64,000 nucleotides of DNA, from the NCBI RefSeq assembly GCF_009914755.1, contig NC_060932.1. One strand, given 5' to 3'. Below, one piece after another: positions 28,541 to 40,920 of this stretch. Position numbers and translations under genes: made by a program. A model generated the notes under the pieces. It had not been told where the DNA came from and did not search any database. It saw nothing but the letters and a program-made list of their open reading frames with translations. The number at the start of each line of letters is the position of its first letter. Position 1 is the first letter of the stretch. This DNA is from the human T2T-CHM13v2.0 reference genome, Homo sapiens.

Positions 28541-28921
28541 TTGGATTGGATAAAGAAACTGTGGCACATATACACCGTGGAATACTGTGCAGCCATAAAT
28601 AAGAATGAAATCATGTTATTTGCAGAAACATGGATGTATCTGGAGGCCATTATCCTATGCAAATTAACCTAAGTGAATTAACACAGGAAGAGAAAACCAA
28701 ATGTTGCATATTCTCACTTATAAGTGGGCACTAAACACTGGATACTCATGGACACAAAGATGGCAACAACAGAAACTATCAACCACTTAAGGGGGCAGGG
28801 AGGAAGGGGGGAAAAGTGTTGAAAAACTGGGTTATGAATGATTCCATCACACAATAAACCCAGGAAACAAACATGCAAAGGTACCCCCTTAATCTAATAT
28901 GAAAGTTGGAAAAAAAAAAAA
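28541..28921 (+). mobile_element. L1 3' end (L1PB-like)
   Basis: GGATAAAGAAACTGTGGCACATATACACC...TTCTCACTTATAAGTGGG...AAAGTTGG and poly(A). Confidence 0.9.
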
Positions 28922-29248
28922 GGTTAGTCAGAATTTCAGACATGAAAAAATGACTATTAGTTCTAAAAGGAAGATAATGTTGTTTAGATTTTCTCTGTCT
29001 TCACTGATTTTTGTCTAATTATACCAATTGCTCAGAAAAAGTGTTAAAATTTCCTACCATTTCTCTTTTTAATTCTGTTGATTTTTGCTTCATACCCTTT
29101 GAGGCTAAGTTATTAGACATACACACATTTACAATTGTATGATTTCCTGATGAATGGTCTCTTTTAAAATTATGAAATATCCCTCTTATCTCTGGTAGCA
29201 CCTTTTGTCTTGAAATCTGTTTTATTTAATATTAAAAAGAGCCACTCC

Positions 29249-29601
<353 letters not shown>

Positions 29602-29677
29602 TCATTTACTTTATCATTCACTTTCAATCTATCTGTATCTTTATATTTAAAATATGTCTCTTACAAGCAACAAGTAA

Positions 29678-30001
<324 letters not shown>

Positions 30002-31269
30002 TATAGTCTTGTTTTTAATCCACTCTGTCAAACTGTCTTTGAATAGGAATATGTAGACTATTAACATTTAATGTAATTATTGATATGCTTGGACTTGGTT
30101 CTATCATCTCACTCTGTGTTCTGTTTGTTCTCTGTTTTTTGTTCCTCTCTTCTCTATTCTCTATCTCCTTTTGGATTATTTGAAACTTTTTAGTATCCCA
30201 TTTTCATTTATCCACATCTTTTTTACTATATCTCTTTGTAGTTTTCTTTCAGTAGTTATCATAGGGATTATGCTTTGCAATTTAATCTTTTATACTCTAC
30301 TTAGTGATAAAATGTAGAAACTTTGAAGCCATGTAGATACTTTTATTCCACTTTCTTTTCCCAGGCAATCAACTGAGTTAGGTTTAGACCATGATTTTTG
30401 CCTTATCTTCTGTAGGTACTGGTTCAAATTTCAGTTCATTTCTCTAAACATTTGCTTTCTTCATTTGGGTCCAACTCATGCAAGCATTACTCAGGGACTA
30501 ATCTGAGACTCATGTGAATGGCTCAAATGTCAGTTTTACTCATTAAGCCTTAGCTGTATTGCTTTGGTCCTGTATCCTGCTTGCATCACTCAGGATTTAG
30601 GGTAAACATTTATGTTTTATGTGGTTTTATATGTAGAATTTGGTAAGCCCATTCTTTAGCTTTCTTCTCTCCCACATACTCTTCCACTCTCCTTCCTGGT
30701 TTCGCTGGCCAGAAGGATGGGTATCTCTTAAAGTTTTAGCAGCTTGTGCACTGCACTAATCCATGTCTAGGACATGTCCTCTTCTGCTAAAGAGGAAACT
30801 CACTCCTTTGCAGTTTGCTTCTCTATGTTTGATTTCTATTCACAATCCTCCTACTTGTGTTTACTTTTCAGAGTCCACACATTGGTTGGTTTTTGTATTT
30901 TTTTCTGGGTTTTAGTTATAATCAGCTAGAGGAGTGGGTTGGGGGTGGTTTATGCCACCATAGTGAAACCAGAACCAAGAACATTTTGAAAACTTTGTAA
31001 GTAACACTAACAGAATTCAGGAAAGAGTTGTTACCTAATTAAATCATTATAGAACAGCAACAAAGACATAATTGGTACAGCAAAAGATGAATTTTTTAAA
31101 ATGTATGAAAAACATAATATAAAATGACTGAACTTAGATCAAGTGGAAAGCTATGAAAACCAATGGAAATTAAAATTTCTCTAAAAATAAATGGTTATAG
31201 AAAGAAATTCAATAGCAGATGAGCAATAACAACTAATCAGGAGCAGTAATGCTAATGTTAGCAAAGTAA

Positions 31270-32285
31270 AATTTATTTTTAGCAGCTTTATTGATATATA
31301 ATTCATATACCCTATAATTCACCCATTTAAAGTGTACAATTTAGTTTTTTTCTGTATTCGCAGATATATACAACCATCACCACAATCAATTTTAGACAGC
31401 TTTTATCGCCTCAAAAAGAAATTCCATATCCTTTAGCTATAACCCCACTAAACCTCTAATCCCCCACCATCCTTCAGCAACATTAATCTACTTTCTGCCT
31501 CTATAGATTTCTATGTTTTATAAATTTAATATGAAGAAAATCATGTAACATGTGGTCCTCTGTGACTGACTTCTTTTACTTAGCATCATGTTTTCAAGGT
31601 TTATCCAGGCTGTAGCATGTATATCTAGGAGTGGAATTGCTAGGCCTTATGGTAACTCTATGTTTAATTTGCAGAACTGTCAGTGTTTTCCAAAGCAGCT
31701 GCAAAATTTAAAATTCCCACCAGCAGTATAGGAGGGTTCTGATTTCCCAAATCCTCGCTAACACTTGTTGTTATCTGACTTTTCGATTACAGCAATCCTA
31801 GGCATATGAAGTGGTTTTGATTTGCCTCTCCGTGATGACTAATGAATTGAGTATCTTTGTATGTGCTTCTTGGTTATTTTTATGTATGTGCTTCTTGGTC
31901 ATTTCCTTGGAGAAATACCTATTCAGATCCTTTGTCTATTTTTTGAATTGGGCTATTTGTCTTTATACTCTTGTAAGAGTTCTTTATATACATGTAAGGG
32001 ATACAGGTTCATTAACAATATATATGATTTGCAAATATTTTCTCCCATTTTATGAGTTATCTTTTGACTTTCTTGATGATGTCCCTTTAAGTAAAAAAAT
32101 ATTTTGAAATTTGGATAAAGTTCAATTTATTTATTTTTTGTTGTTGCTCATGCTTTTGATGTCACAAGAATCCTCTGACAATTCCAAGGTCATAGAGTTT
32201 TACCCCTATGTTTCCTTCTAAGAGTTTGATACTTTCAGCTCTTATATTCAGGTCTTTAATGAATTTTGAGTTAGTTTTTGTATAA
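31270..32285 (-). mobile_element. L1MB-like 3' region
   Basis: CAGCTTTATTGATATATAATTCATATACC...TTTAAAGTGTACAAT, followed by antisense ORF2 C-terminal sequence (GGAATTGCTAGG..ATGGTAACTCTATG). Confidence 0.88.
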
Positions 32286-32594
32286 GTCAAGTGCAATTAA
32301 AGCAAAAGTATTACATGAGATAAACAGTCCATTGAAAATATTCTAAAAGTTAATAAAGACGTATCAATGTTGAATGTTGTAAAATTTTGACCAGATTCTA
32401 CAGCAACTAAATGTATCTTTTAAAAGGTTAAAACTGCACAGATACATTTACAGAAATCTAATTCTACTGATAAATTTTAGCATATAAATATTACTCTATG
32501 TACATCTGATAAGGAATTGATATCCAAAACATATTAGAAACTCAAACAACTCAATAGTAAGAAAACAAACAACCTGATTCTAAAATGGGCTAAA

Positions 32595-34070
32595 TAATGG
32601 GAAAAGGGGCTCTTTATTCGATACATAATGCTGGAATAGCTGGCTAGCCATATGCAGAAGAATGAAACGGGACCCCTACCTTTTACCATATACAAAAATT
32701 AACTTGAGATGATTTAAAGGTTTAATGTAAGACCTCAAACTATAAGAATTCTAGAAGACTATCTAGGAAACATCATTCTGGACATTGGCCTTTGGGAAGA
32801 ATTTTTGACTAAGTACTCAACAGTAATTGCAATAAAAACAAAAGGGGACCTAATGAAACTAGCTTCTGCATAGATAAAGAAACTGTCCTAGCCTGGACAG
32901 CATGACAAAACCCTGTCTCCACAAAACATTTGGTGGCACACGCCTGTAGTCCCATCTACTCAGGAGGCTGAGAGAGGAGACTCACTTGAGCCCAGAAAGT
33001 TGAAATTGCAGTGAGCCACGATCATGCCACTGCACTCCAGCCTGGGCATCATCGGAGTGAGACCCTGTCTCAAAAACAAGCAAACAAACTATCAACAGAG
33101 TAAACAGACAACTTACAGAACTGAAGAAAATATTTGCTAACTTTGCACCTGACAAAAGTCTAATATCCAGCATCTATAAAGAACTTAAACAATCGAACAA
33201 GCAAAAATACAAATAACTTCATTAAAAAATGGGCAAAAGACATGAGTGGACACTTCTCAAAAGAAGACATACAAATGTGCCAACAAACATATGAAAAATG
33301 CTCCACATCACTAATCATCAGAGAAATGCAAATCAAAATCACAATGAGATACCGTAACACAACAGTCAGAATAGCTATTACTAAAAAGTCAAAAAACAAC
33401 GGATGCTGGTGAGGTTACAGAGACAAGGGATTGCATATACACTGTTGGTAGAAATGTAAATTAGTTCAGCCACTGTGGAAAGCAGTTTGGAGATTTCTCA
33501 AAGAACTTAAAACAGAACCACCATTCAACCCAGCAATCCCATTACTGAGTATATATCCAAAAGAAAACAAATCATTATGCTAAAAAGACACATGCACTCA
33601 CATGTTCATTGCAGCACTAGTCACAATAGCAAAGACATGGAATCTACTTAGGTGCCTATCAACAGTGAATTGGATAAAGAAAATGTGGGACATATATACC
33701 ATGGAATGCTATGTAGCCATAAAAAAGAATAAAGTCATTTCATTTGCAGCAATATGGATGCAGCTGGATGTAGCTATCCTAAACCAATTAATACAGGAAG
33801 AGAAAACCATATATTGCAGGTTCTCACTTACAAGTGGGAGCTAAGCATTGTGTACTCAAGGGACCTAAAGATAATAACAATAAAAACTAAGGACTACTAA
33901 GAGGGGACAGAGAGGGGGAAAGGCTGAAAAAGTAACTATTGGTTACTATGCTCAGTACCTGGATGACAGGATCAATTGTACCCCAAACCTCAGCATCAGG
34001 CAATATATCCAGGTAACAAACCTGCACATGTAGCCCCTAAATCTAAAATAAAAGTTGAAATTATTTTTAA
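32595..34070 (+). mobile_element. L1PB-like 3' 1.5 kb nested in L1MA
   Basis: ORF2 C-terminal remnant (ORF 33602-33844 MFIAALVTIAKTWN...WIKKMW) and a 3' end CTAAAATAAAAGTTGAAATTATT. Flanked by GGGCTAAA on both sides. Confidence 0.88.
32889..33085 (+). mobile_element. 5'-truncated AluJ within L1PB
   Basis: AGCCTGGACAGCATGACAAAACCCTGTCTC...CACTTGAGCCCAG...GAGACCCTGTCTCAAAAAC. Confidence 0.9.
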
Positions 34071-34365
34071 GGGGGCTAAAGATCTGAATAAACACCTCTC
34101 AAAAAAATACATTAAAATGGCCAAAAATATATTTTTAAATGCTCAAAATCACTAATCATCAGAGAAATGCAAATTAAAACCACAATGAGATATCACTGAA
34201 CACCTATTAGAATGACTATTATCAAAAAAAGGAAAGATAATTAGTGTTGGTGAGGATGCGGAGAAAAGGGAAACCTTGTACACTATTGGTAGGAATGTAA
34301 ATTAATACAGTCATTATGGAAAGCAGTATGGAGTTTCCTTAAAACGTTAAAAATAGACCTAGCTT

Positions 34366-34560
34366 AGCTGGGTACGGTGGCCCAAGCCTGTAGTCCCAGC
34401 ACTTTGGGAGGTTAGGGGAGGCAGATCACTTGAGGCCAGGAGTTTGAGACCAGCCTGGCCAACATGGTGAAACCCTGTCTCTCCTAAAAGCACAAAATTT
34501 AGCCAGTCCTGGTGGTGCGCACCTGTAATCCCAGCTACTTGGGAGGCTGAGACACGAAAA
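34366..34560 (+). mobile_element. AluS fragment lacking its 3' end
   Basis: Left arm, linker and the start of the right arm, ending at GGGAGGCTGAGACACGA. Confidence 0.92.
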
Positions 34561-35931
34561 TTAGCATGAAATTAGTATATTGAAAAGATACCTGGACTCC
34601 TGCGTTCATTGCAGAATTATTCACAACAATCAAGATATGGAATCAACTCAAGTCTCCATCAACAAATTAATGGATTAAAAAATGTGGTATGTATTCACAA
34701 TGGAATACTACTCTGCTTTGTTTTTTTTTTTAAAGAACTCCTATCATGACAACATAGATGCACCTGGAAGACATTATGTTAAATGAAATAAGCCAGGCAC
34801 AGAAAGACAAATACTGCATGAACTCACTTATTTGTGGAATCTAAAAATATTGAACTCAGAGAAGCAGACAGTGGAACGTGGTTACCAAGGGCTGGGGGAA
34901 TAGAGAGGTTGGCAAGATGTCGGCCAAAGCCGAAAGATACAAAATTTCAGTTAGACAAAAGGAATAAGGTCAAGAGATCTATTATATACATGGTGACTAT
35001 AATTAATAACAATGTGCTATATTCTTAAAAATTGCTAAGAAAGTAGATTTTAAGTGTTCTCATCACTAAAAAATGATAAATATGTGAGGCAAATGCATAT
35101 GTTAATTAACTCAATTTAGCCATTCCACAATACATACACATTTCAAAACAACATGCTTTATATAATAAATATATATAACTTTTACTTGTCAATTAAAGGA
35201 AAAAGAAATAAACCTGTGTCATCAAGGGAAAATGAGAATATAGAAAATATGAACATTCTATATAATGAGACAAAATTAACATTAAAATACCAAATTTTAC
35301 AACCTAGAGAAAAGCAACTTCCCTCTATTCAATTGTGCATAAAATATTTATAAATATTGACTTATGTCTTAAACCACAAAAAATAAACATTCTAAAATGC
35401 AGAGCTAGTATGCAATACTTTTTGAAATAACAAAATAAACACTAAAAATTTTCAGTATCTTTACAATGTTTAGCCATCTTTTAAATAAAATCACATTGAA
35501 AAGAAAATAAAGAGCCCACTAAATCACAAAATAAGAAAGCTAAAAATTAAAGCTGATAAGGTGTAATCAAAGCTACTAAGAGAGCTGAATTTATACTTTT
35601 AAATCTTTTTATTGGCCACAAATTGGGAAGTAAATTTAAATCCAACTAATGATTTAAGCAAAGGGCAACAATAAAATCTCTAAGTAAAAATGACAAAAAT
35701 AATTAGAAAACCAATTAAATAATAAAATTTACTTTTATTATTAAATTTGCTTAAAATTCAGAACTAATAAACTATATAAGCCTCTACTAACTCTAAACAT
35801 GAAATAAACATAAATTGTAAAACCTATAAATAAAAAATTACACCGAATATCAACAATACTGTGAATATTCAGTTGTGAATACACAACTGTGTACTAGCAA
35901 CATGGAAAACTCTTAGAAAACACAATTTTCC

Positions 35932-36215
35932 GGCTGGATGCAGTGGCTCACGCCTACAATCCTAGCAATTTGGGAGGCCAAGGTGGGCAGATTACTTGAG
36001 CCCAGGAGTTCAAGACCAGCCTGGCCAACATGGCAAAACACCATCTCTATTAAAAATACAAAAATTAGCCGGGCATGGTAGCACACACCTGTAGTCCCAG
36101 CTACTTGGGAAGCTGGAGTGGGAGGATCAATTTAGCTCAGGAGGCAGAGGCTGCAATGAGCCAAGATTGCACCATTGCACTGCAGCCTGTGACAGAGCAA
36201 GACACTGTCTCAAAA

Positions 36216-36250
<35 letters not shown>

Positions 36251-36262
36251 AAGAAATAAAGA
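35932..36262 (+). mobile_element. AluJb-like with an (AAAT)n tail
   Basis: Full dimer, (AAAT)n tail from about 36213, TSD ACAATTTTCC. Confidence 0.95.
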
Positions 36263-36439
36263 ATATATACAATTTTCCAAAATAAAAACTTAAGTTGAAA
36301 TGGAACATACAAAAAATTAGTATAAAGATTTGTGAAAGTTACTGAAAAGTGGCCTTAACGAAATGGCTCGTGTCTCTAATGTATATACTATTAAACTTGT
36401 TTTAACTGTAAAGAAAGAGATAATTCTCATTTAACAAAA

Positions 36440-36660
36440 TAATGTGTTGTTTGTATACTTAAAAACTGCTATGAGAGTGGACTTTAAATTGTTCTCACCA
36501 CAAAAAAATGATATGTATGTTATTTGCAGATATGTTAACAAGCTTGATGTAATCATTTCACAATGCATATATGTATCAAAACACAATTTTGTGCGCTGTA
36601 AATATTAACAATTTTTCTTTGTCAATTATACCCTAATAAAGCTGGGAGGACAAAAGAAAA
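36440..36660 (+). mobile_element. L1MA/MB 3' end fragment
   Basis: GTATACTTAAAAACTGCTATGAGAGTGGACTTTAAATTGTTCTCACCACAAAA...TGTCAATTATACCCTAATAAAGCTGG. Confidence 0.8.
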
Positions 36661-36694
36661 AATTTGAAAGAAATGAAAATATATTAGTCAACTC

Positions 36695-38045
36695 GCAGTA
36701 TACGCTGTACTCGATGTGTAACCATTTATCCCTCACCCCCTTCCCACCCTTCCCCCTGAGTCCCCAAAGTCCATTGTATCATTCTCTTGACTTTGCATCC
36801 CTATAGCTTAGCCCCCACCTATGAGTGAGAACATACAATGGATGTTTGGTTTTCCATTTCTGAGTTACTTCAAGTAGAATAATGGCCTCCAACTCCATTA
36901 GGGTTGCTGCAAATGTCATTATTTTGTTACTTTTTATGGCTGAGTAGTATTCCATCATATATCTGTATATAAGGTATATCTATATATCTATATACCCTAT
37001 ACATTGATATATAGATATATAGATATATCTTTATCCACTTGTTGGTTGATGGGCATTTGGGCTGATTCCATATTTTTGCAATTGTGAATTGCACTGCTAT
37101 AAATGTGCATGTGCTAGTGTCTTTTTCATATAATGACTTCTTTTCCTCTGGGTAGATACCCAGTAGTGGGATTGCTGGATCAAATGGTAGATCTACTTCT
37201 AGTTATTTAAGGAATCTCCACAGTGTTTTCCATAGTGCTTGTACTAGTTTACATTACTACCAGCAGTGTGAAAGTATTCCCTTTTCACCACATCCATGCC
37301 AACATCTATTATTATTTTATTTTAAATTATGGCCATTCTTGCAGGAGTAAGGTGGTATCGCATTGTGATTTTGATTTGCATTTCCCTGATAATTAGTGAT
37401 GTTAAGCATTTTTTCATACGTCCGTTGGCCATTTGTATATCTTATTTTGAGAGTTGTTTATTCATGTCCTTAGCCCACTTTTTGATGGGATTGTTTGTTT
37501 CTGCTTGCTGATTTGTTTGAGTTCCTCGTAGATTCTGGCTACTAGTCCTTTGTCAGATGCATGGCTTGCAAATATTTTTTCCCACTCTGTGGGTTGTCTG
37601 TTTACTCTGCTGATTATTTATTTTGTTGTACAGAAGTTTTTTAGTTAAATTAAGTCCCATCTATTCATTTTTGTTTTTGTTGCATTTGCTTTTGGGTTCT
37701 TAGTCATGAACTCTTTGCCTAAGCCAATATGTAGAAGAGTTTTTCTGATGTTTCTTCTATAATTTTTATGACTTCAGGTCTTAGATTAAAGTCTTTGATT
37801 CATCTTTGGTTGATTTTTGTGTAAGGTGAGAGATGAGAATCAAGTTTCAGTCTCCTACATGTGGCTTGCCAATTATCCCAGCACTATTTGTTGAATAGCG
37901 TGTCCTTTCCCCACTTTGTGTTTTTGTTTGCTTTGTCGAAGATCAGTTGGCTGTAAACATTTGGCTTTATTTCTGGTTCTCTATCCTGTTCCATTCATCT
38001 ACATGACTGTTTTTATGCCAGTATCACGCTCTTTTGGTAACTACC
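36695..38045 (-). mobile_element. L1PB (PB1-like) 3' region
   Basis: CCCCTGAGTCCCCAAAGTCCATTGTATCATTCT...GAGTGAGAACATACAATG, then antisense ORF2 C-terminus. TA-rich insert at 36957-37030. Confidence 0.9.
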
Positions 38046-39699
38046 ACCTTGTAGGAATCTATAGGTCTGTGTTCCTGAATTTTTGTTACTGTTCTTCTTT
38101 TCAAATGTATTCCTTTTGCTTCAGCTCAATTGAACATATACTTGCAACACTACTATATGACAGGCTTAGTGACTGGATTCTGGGAGGAATGAAGAGATGA
38201 AAAAACAATGCCTGTCCACAAAGACTGTATAACATAAAAAGAAGAAGAGAAATTAGGCAAATAACTATCAGGCATGTTTGAATAATACTTCAGAAAGGAA
38301 GAGCTTATATCTGGAGATCTACAGAGGCTTTAGGAATGGCACAGGCATTTGCTATGGGCCTTGCCCAGTAGATAGGATTAGCGCAAAGATGTGGAAGGGT
38401 ACGTTTTCTCAGAGACAGATCCCTGAGCAATGACACAGAGTCAGGAAAGTTTGAATCAGCTTGGAAAGTTAATGTAATTATTCTTTTTATTCATTGAATT
38501 TAATCACCAAAATTATTATACATCAAAATCCCAAAACAGCCATTGAAGAAGGTTTAATTTAGTCATTTTGAAATAAATTCTATCCTGAGCTCCAAATTGA
38601 ATATACTTCTCAACTCCATCCTGAAATGGAATCATGCAAATTCAGTCTGGGGTGTATTATAGGAACAAATGGGGAAATATTTATGTTAAAGTTACCAAAT
38701 GCTGATCCTTAATCCTTCATTTAAATAACACCCACAATTTCAAACAATGGGTTCCCCAAATGCACTGGATCATGGTACCACAGATCTTGTTTAGAAAATG
38801 GAGTGTGAACAGCTCTCAGAATCTGAGAAATCCAAACAGCATCTCAGAGCTGGGGTCAGGGAGGATATTGGATGACAGGAGACATGCAGACTTGAGTAAA
38901 AAATCTGTTGTCACATTTTCCACAATTCAATTGCTAATAAAAACTTGGTAATGATGGCAGCAGTCTTTTCTGGAAACACTTACGATATTGATAATGACCC
39001 ATACTGGGGAGATAAATCCAGTATGTAGCCATGCTTAAGTAAAAGAAATTCTTATTACCTCATTTGTCTACTAATAAGTGTGTCTTTGGAGGATTCTTTA
39101 AATATTATTGATATAGTGAGTGATAAAAGGTGACTGTTATTGCCTGAAAACACTGAATAATTTACCTTCATTAAAGCACATCCACCAGAGGCTTCTCAGG
39201 TTGCATGAAAGGTAGCACCAAGGTTCCAGAAAGTCTGCTTTTATTGTGAAGGAAAAAGAATCACATCCCCAACAATTTCCTTTAATTTGGAATTATTAAA
39301 TGATTTTAACTCTCTTCTTTTGTGTAGCTGTAATATCAGCTTCAAAAGCTAATTTAATATAATCCATACCTTGACTTAGAATTGATTCATTATTTATCAC
39401 ATATTTACTAAATCCTAATATATGTGTGCAGTGTGTTGGGTATCAGGAATTCCACTGAGAACAATCCAAACAAGGCCCCTGCCCTCGTGTAGAATTTTTA
39501 TTGCAGCACTAACAGTTTTCCTCCTTCTAAATCAAAAGCTCCTGCATCTCTTTTTCACCTTCTGCATACTGGTGCTGAGCCTAAGGCCTTGAATGTAAGT
39601 GCTTTTTAAGTATTTACCAAGTGGAAGTTTCCATTTTATTTTCCACCTTATATTATAGTTGATTGTGTCCTAGTATTCCTCCTAAATTAGTGGCTGAGG

Positions 39700-40095
39700 A
39701 GAGAGAGTGTAGCAGCGATCTACTCCTCTGCTGGGACACACAGCTAGACTACATTTCCCAGCCTCCCCTGCAGGTGTGACCACATGGCTAAGTTCTAACC
39801 AACAGCATGTGAGTGGAAGTGACTCCACTCAAAATGTGTTATTTCCAAGCCTACATATGAAATCTTCTCATAAGAGCTCCTCCCTGCTGTTAGATGTGGA
39901 CATCCACATGGCCATCAGAAGCCAGCAGAGCCCCTGCTAGATAAAGTTATGGAAGTACTGTGTGGAACAAAGCCCCCTTTATCATCTGAAATAGTCTTGG
40001 ATTGTTCATTATGAGGAATAAACTTCTACTGTGTGTATGTCATTAGTTACTTGTGGTCTATTTATTATAGCAACAAATTTATCCAAATTAATAAA
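39700..40095 (+). mobile_element. MaLR LTR relic (MLT1I/J-like)
   Basis: GGGACACACAGCTAGACTACATTTCCCAGCCTCCC..GCAG..TGACCACATGGCTAAGTTCTAACCAA...GAATAAACTTCTACTGTG. Confidence 0.75.
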
Positions 40096-40806
40096 TGTCT
40101 TTGCACCTAATATATAGAAAATTTAAGGATGTTAATTGATAGAATTAAATGTTAGAAAAAGGAGATCTCTTCTCTTTTGTGTCATAAACCACCACTTTCT
40201 GCAGTTTACAGTTAACTGCTTTTATTAGAAAACACCAACAATCAAGAAATCACAGATTTCACTCTCAGATGTTTTATAGCCAAGTAAATGATAGCAAACA
40301 TGAATGATTACTGATATGAAGTATTTTTCCTCTTCAATCAGGAGTTCAAAGTCAGAGGGAAAAAAATGGATATGTTTAACCTTCCCTAACCATTATAGAC
40401 TCACTGTTGAGGCTGGAATTTGTCTATATCTAATTAGGATGTTAAAATTTGTCAACAAACCTATTTTACTTCCCCTTTTAACTTAGAGTTCATCTCTTCG
40501 TCTTCTACCAATTTACCTCAGAAGACTGGGACGATACATTTTAAACTCTTCTTCACTCCAAATCCAAAATAAAATTAAATACATTTTGATAGAAGTAAAA
40601 ATTGACATTATTACACAAACACACAACACAGCCCTATATTAGCTCACCAATAAATTACCCAAGTTGCTTTCTCAATAAAGAAAAACACATTCATTTCAGA
40701 GAAGCCTACATATTTTTTTCTATCATTTTGTGATTTCATAGTAAGTGGATATGGTTTAGCTAGAGTACTTGGACCAGAAAATAAATGACTCCTGCTCATC
40801 CTGTAG

Positions 40807-40920
40807 GTGCCAACTACGTTCAAGCATGAGGGGTTGCTGGCCCGCAGTGCCAACATACAGCACCTTCGCAGGGAGGCCAAGGCCCTCATGCTCCAGCAAT
40901 ACCAGACGGCGCTCCGATGA
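40807..40920 (+). other. Candidate coding-like exon, unidentified (VPTTFKHEGLLARSANIQHLRREAKALMLQQYQTALR*)
   Basis: GC/CpG-richer island in AT-rich DNA. Pyrimidine-rich acceptor CTCCTGCTCATCCTGTAG|G and G/C-ending codons. The protein family is not recognised. Confidence 0.35.

Larger units (their letters stand above)
32498..35205 (+). mobile_element. L1MA-like 3' region, host of nested L1PB and Alu insertions
   Basis: CATCTGATAAGGAATTGATATCC...AAAATGGGCTAAA, interrupted, resuming at 34081 GATCTGAATAAACAC through an L1MA-type 3' UTR ending near 35200. Confidence 0.85.

Noticed and set aside
36957-37030. Quasi-palindromic TA-rich tract
   Set aside because: It is a low-complexity expansion inside an L1, and self-complementarity is expected for (TA)-rich sequence.
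40918-40920. In-frame TGA codons (here and at 54873-54871) as selenocysteine
   Set aside because: There is no redox-motif context and no SECIS that I can identify. A stop or CGA>TGA decay is simpler.
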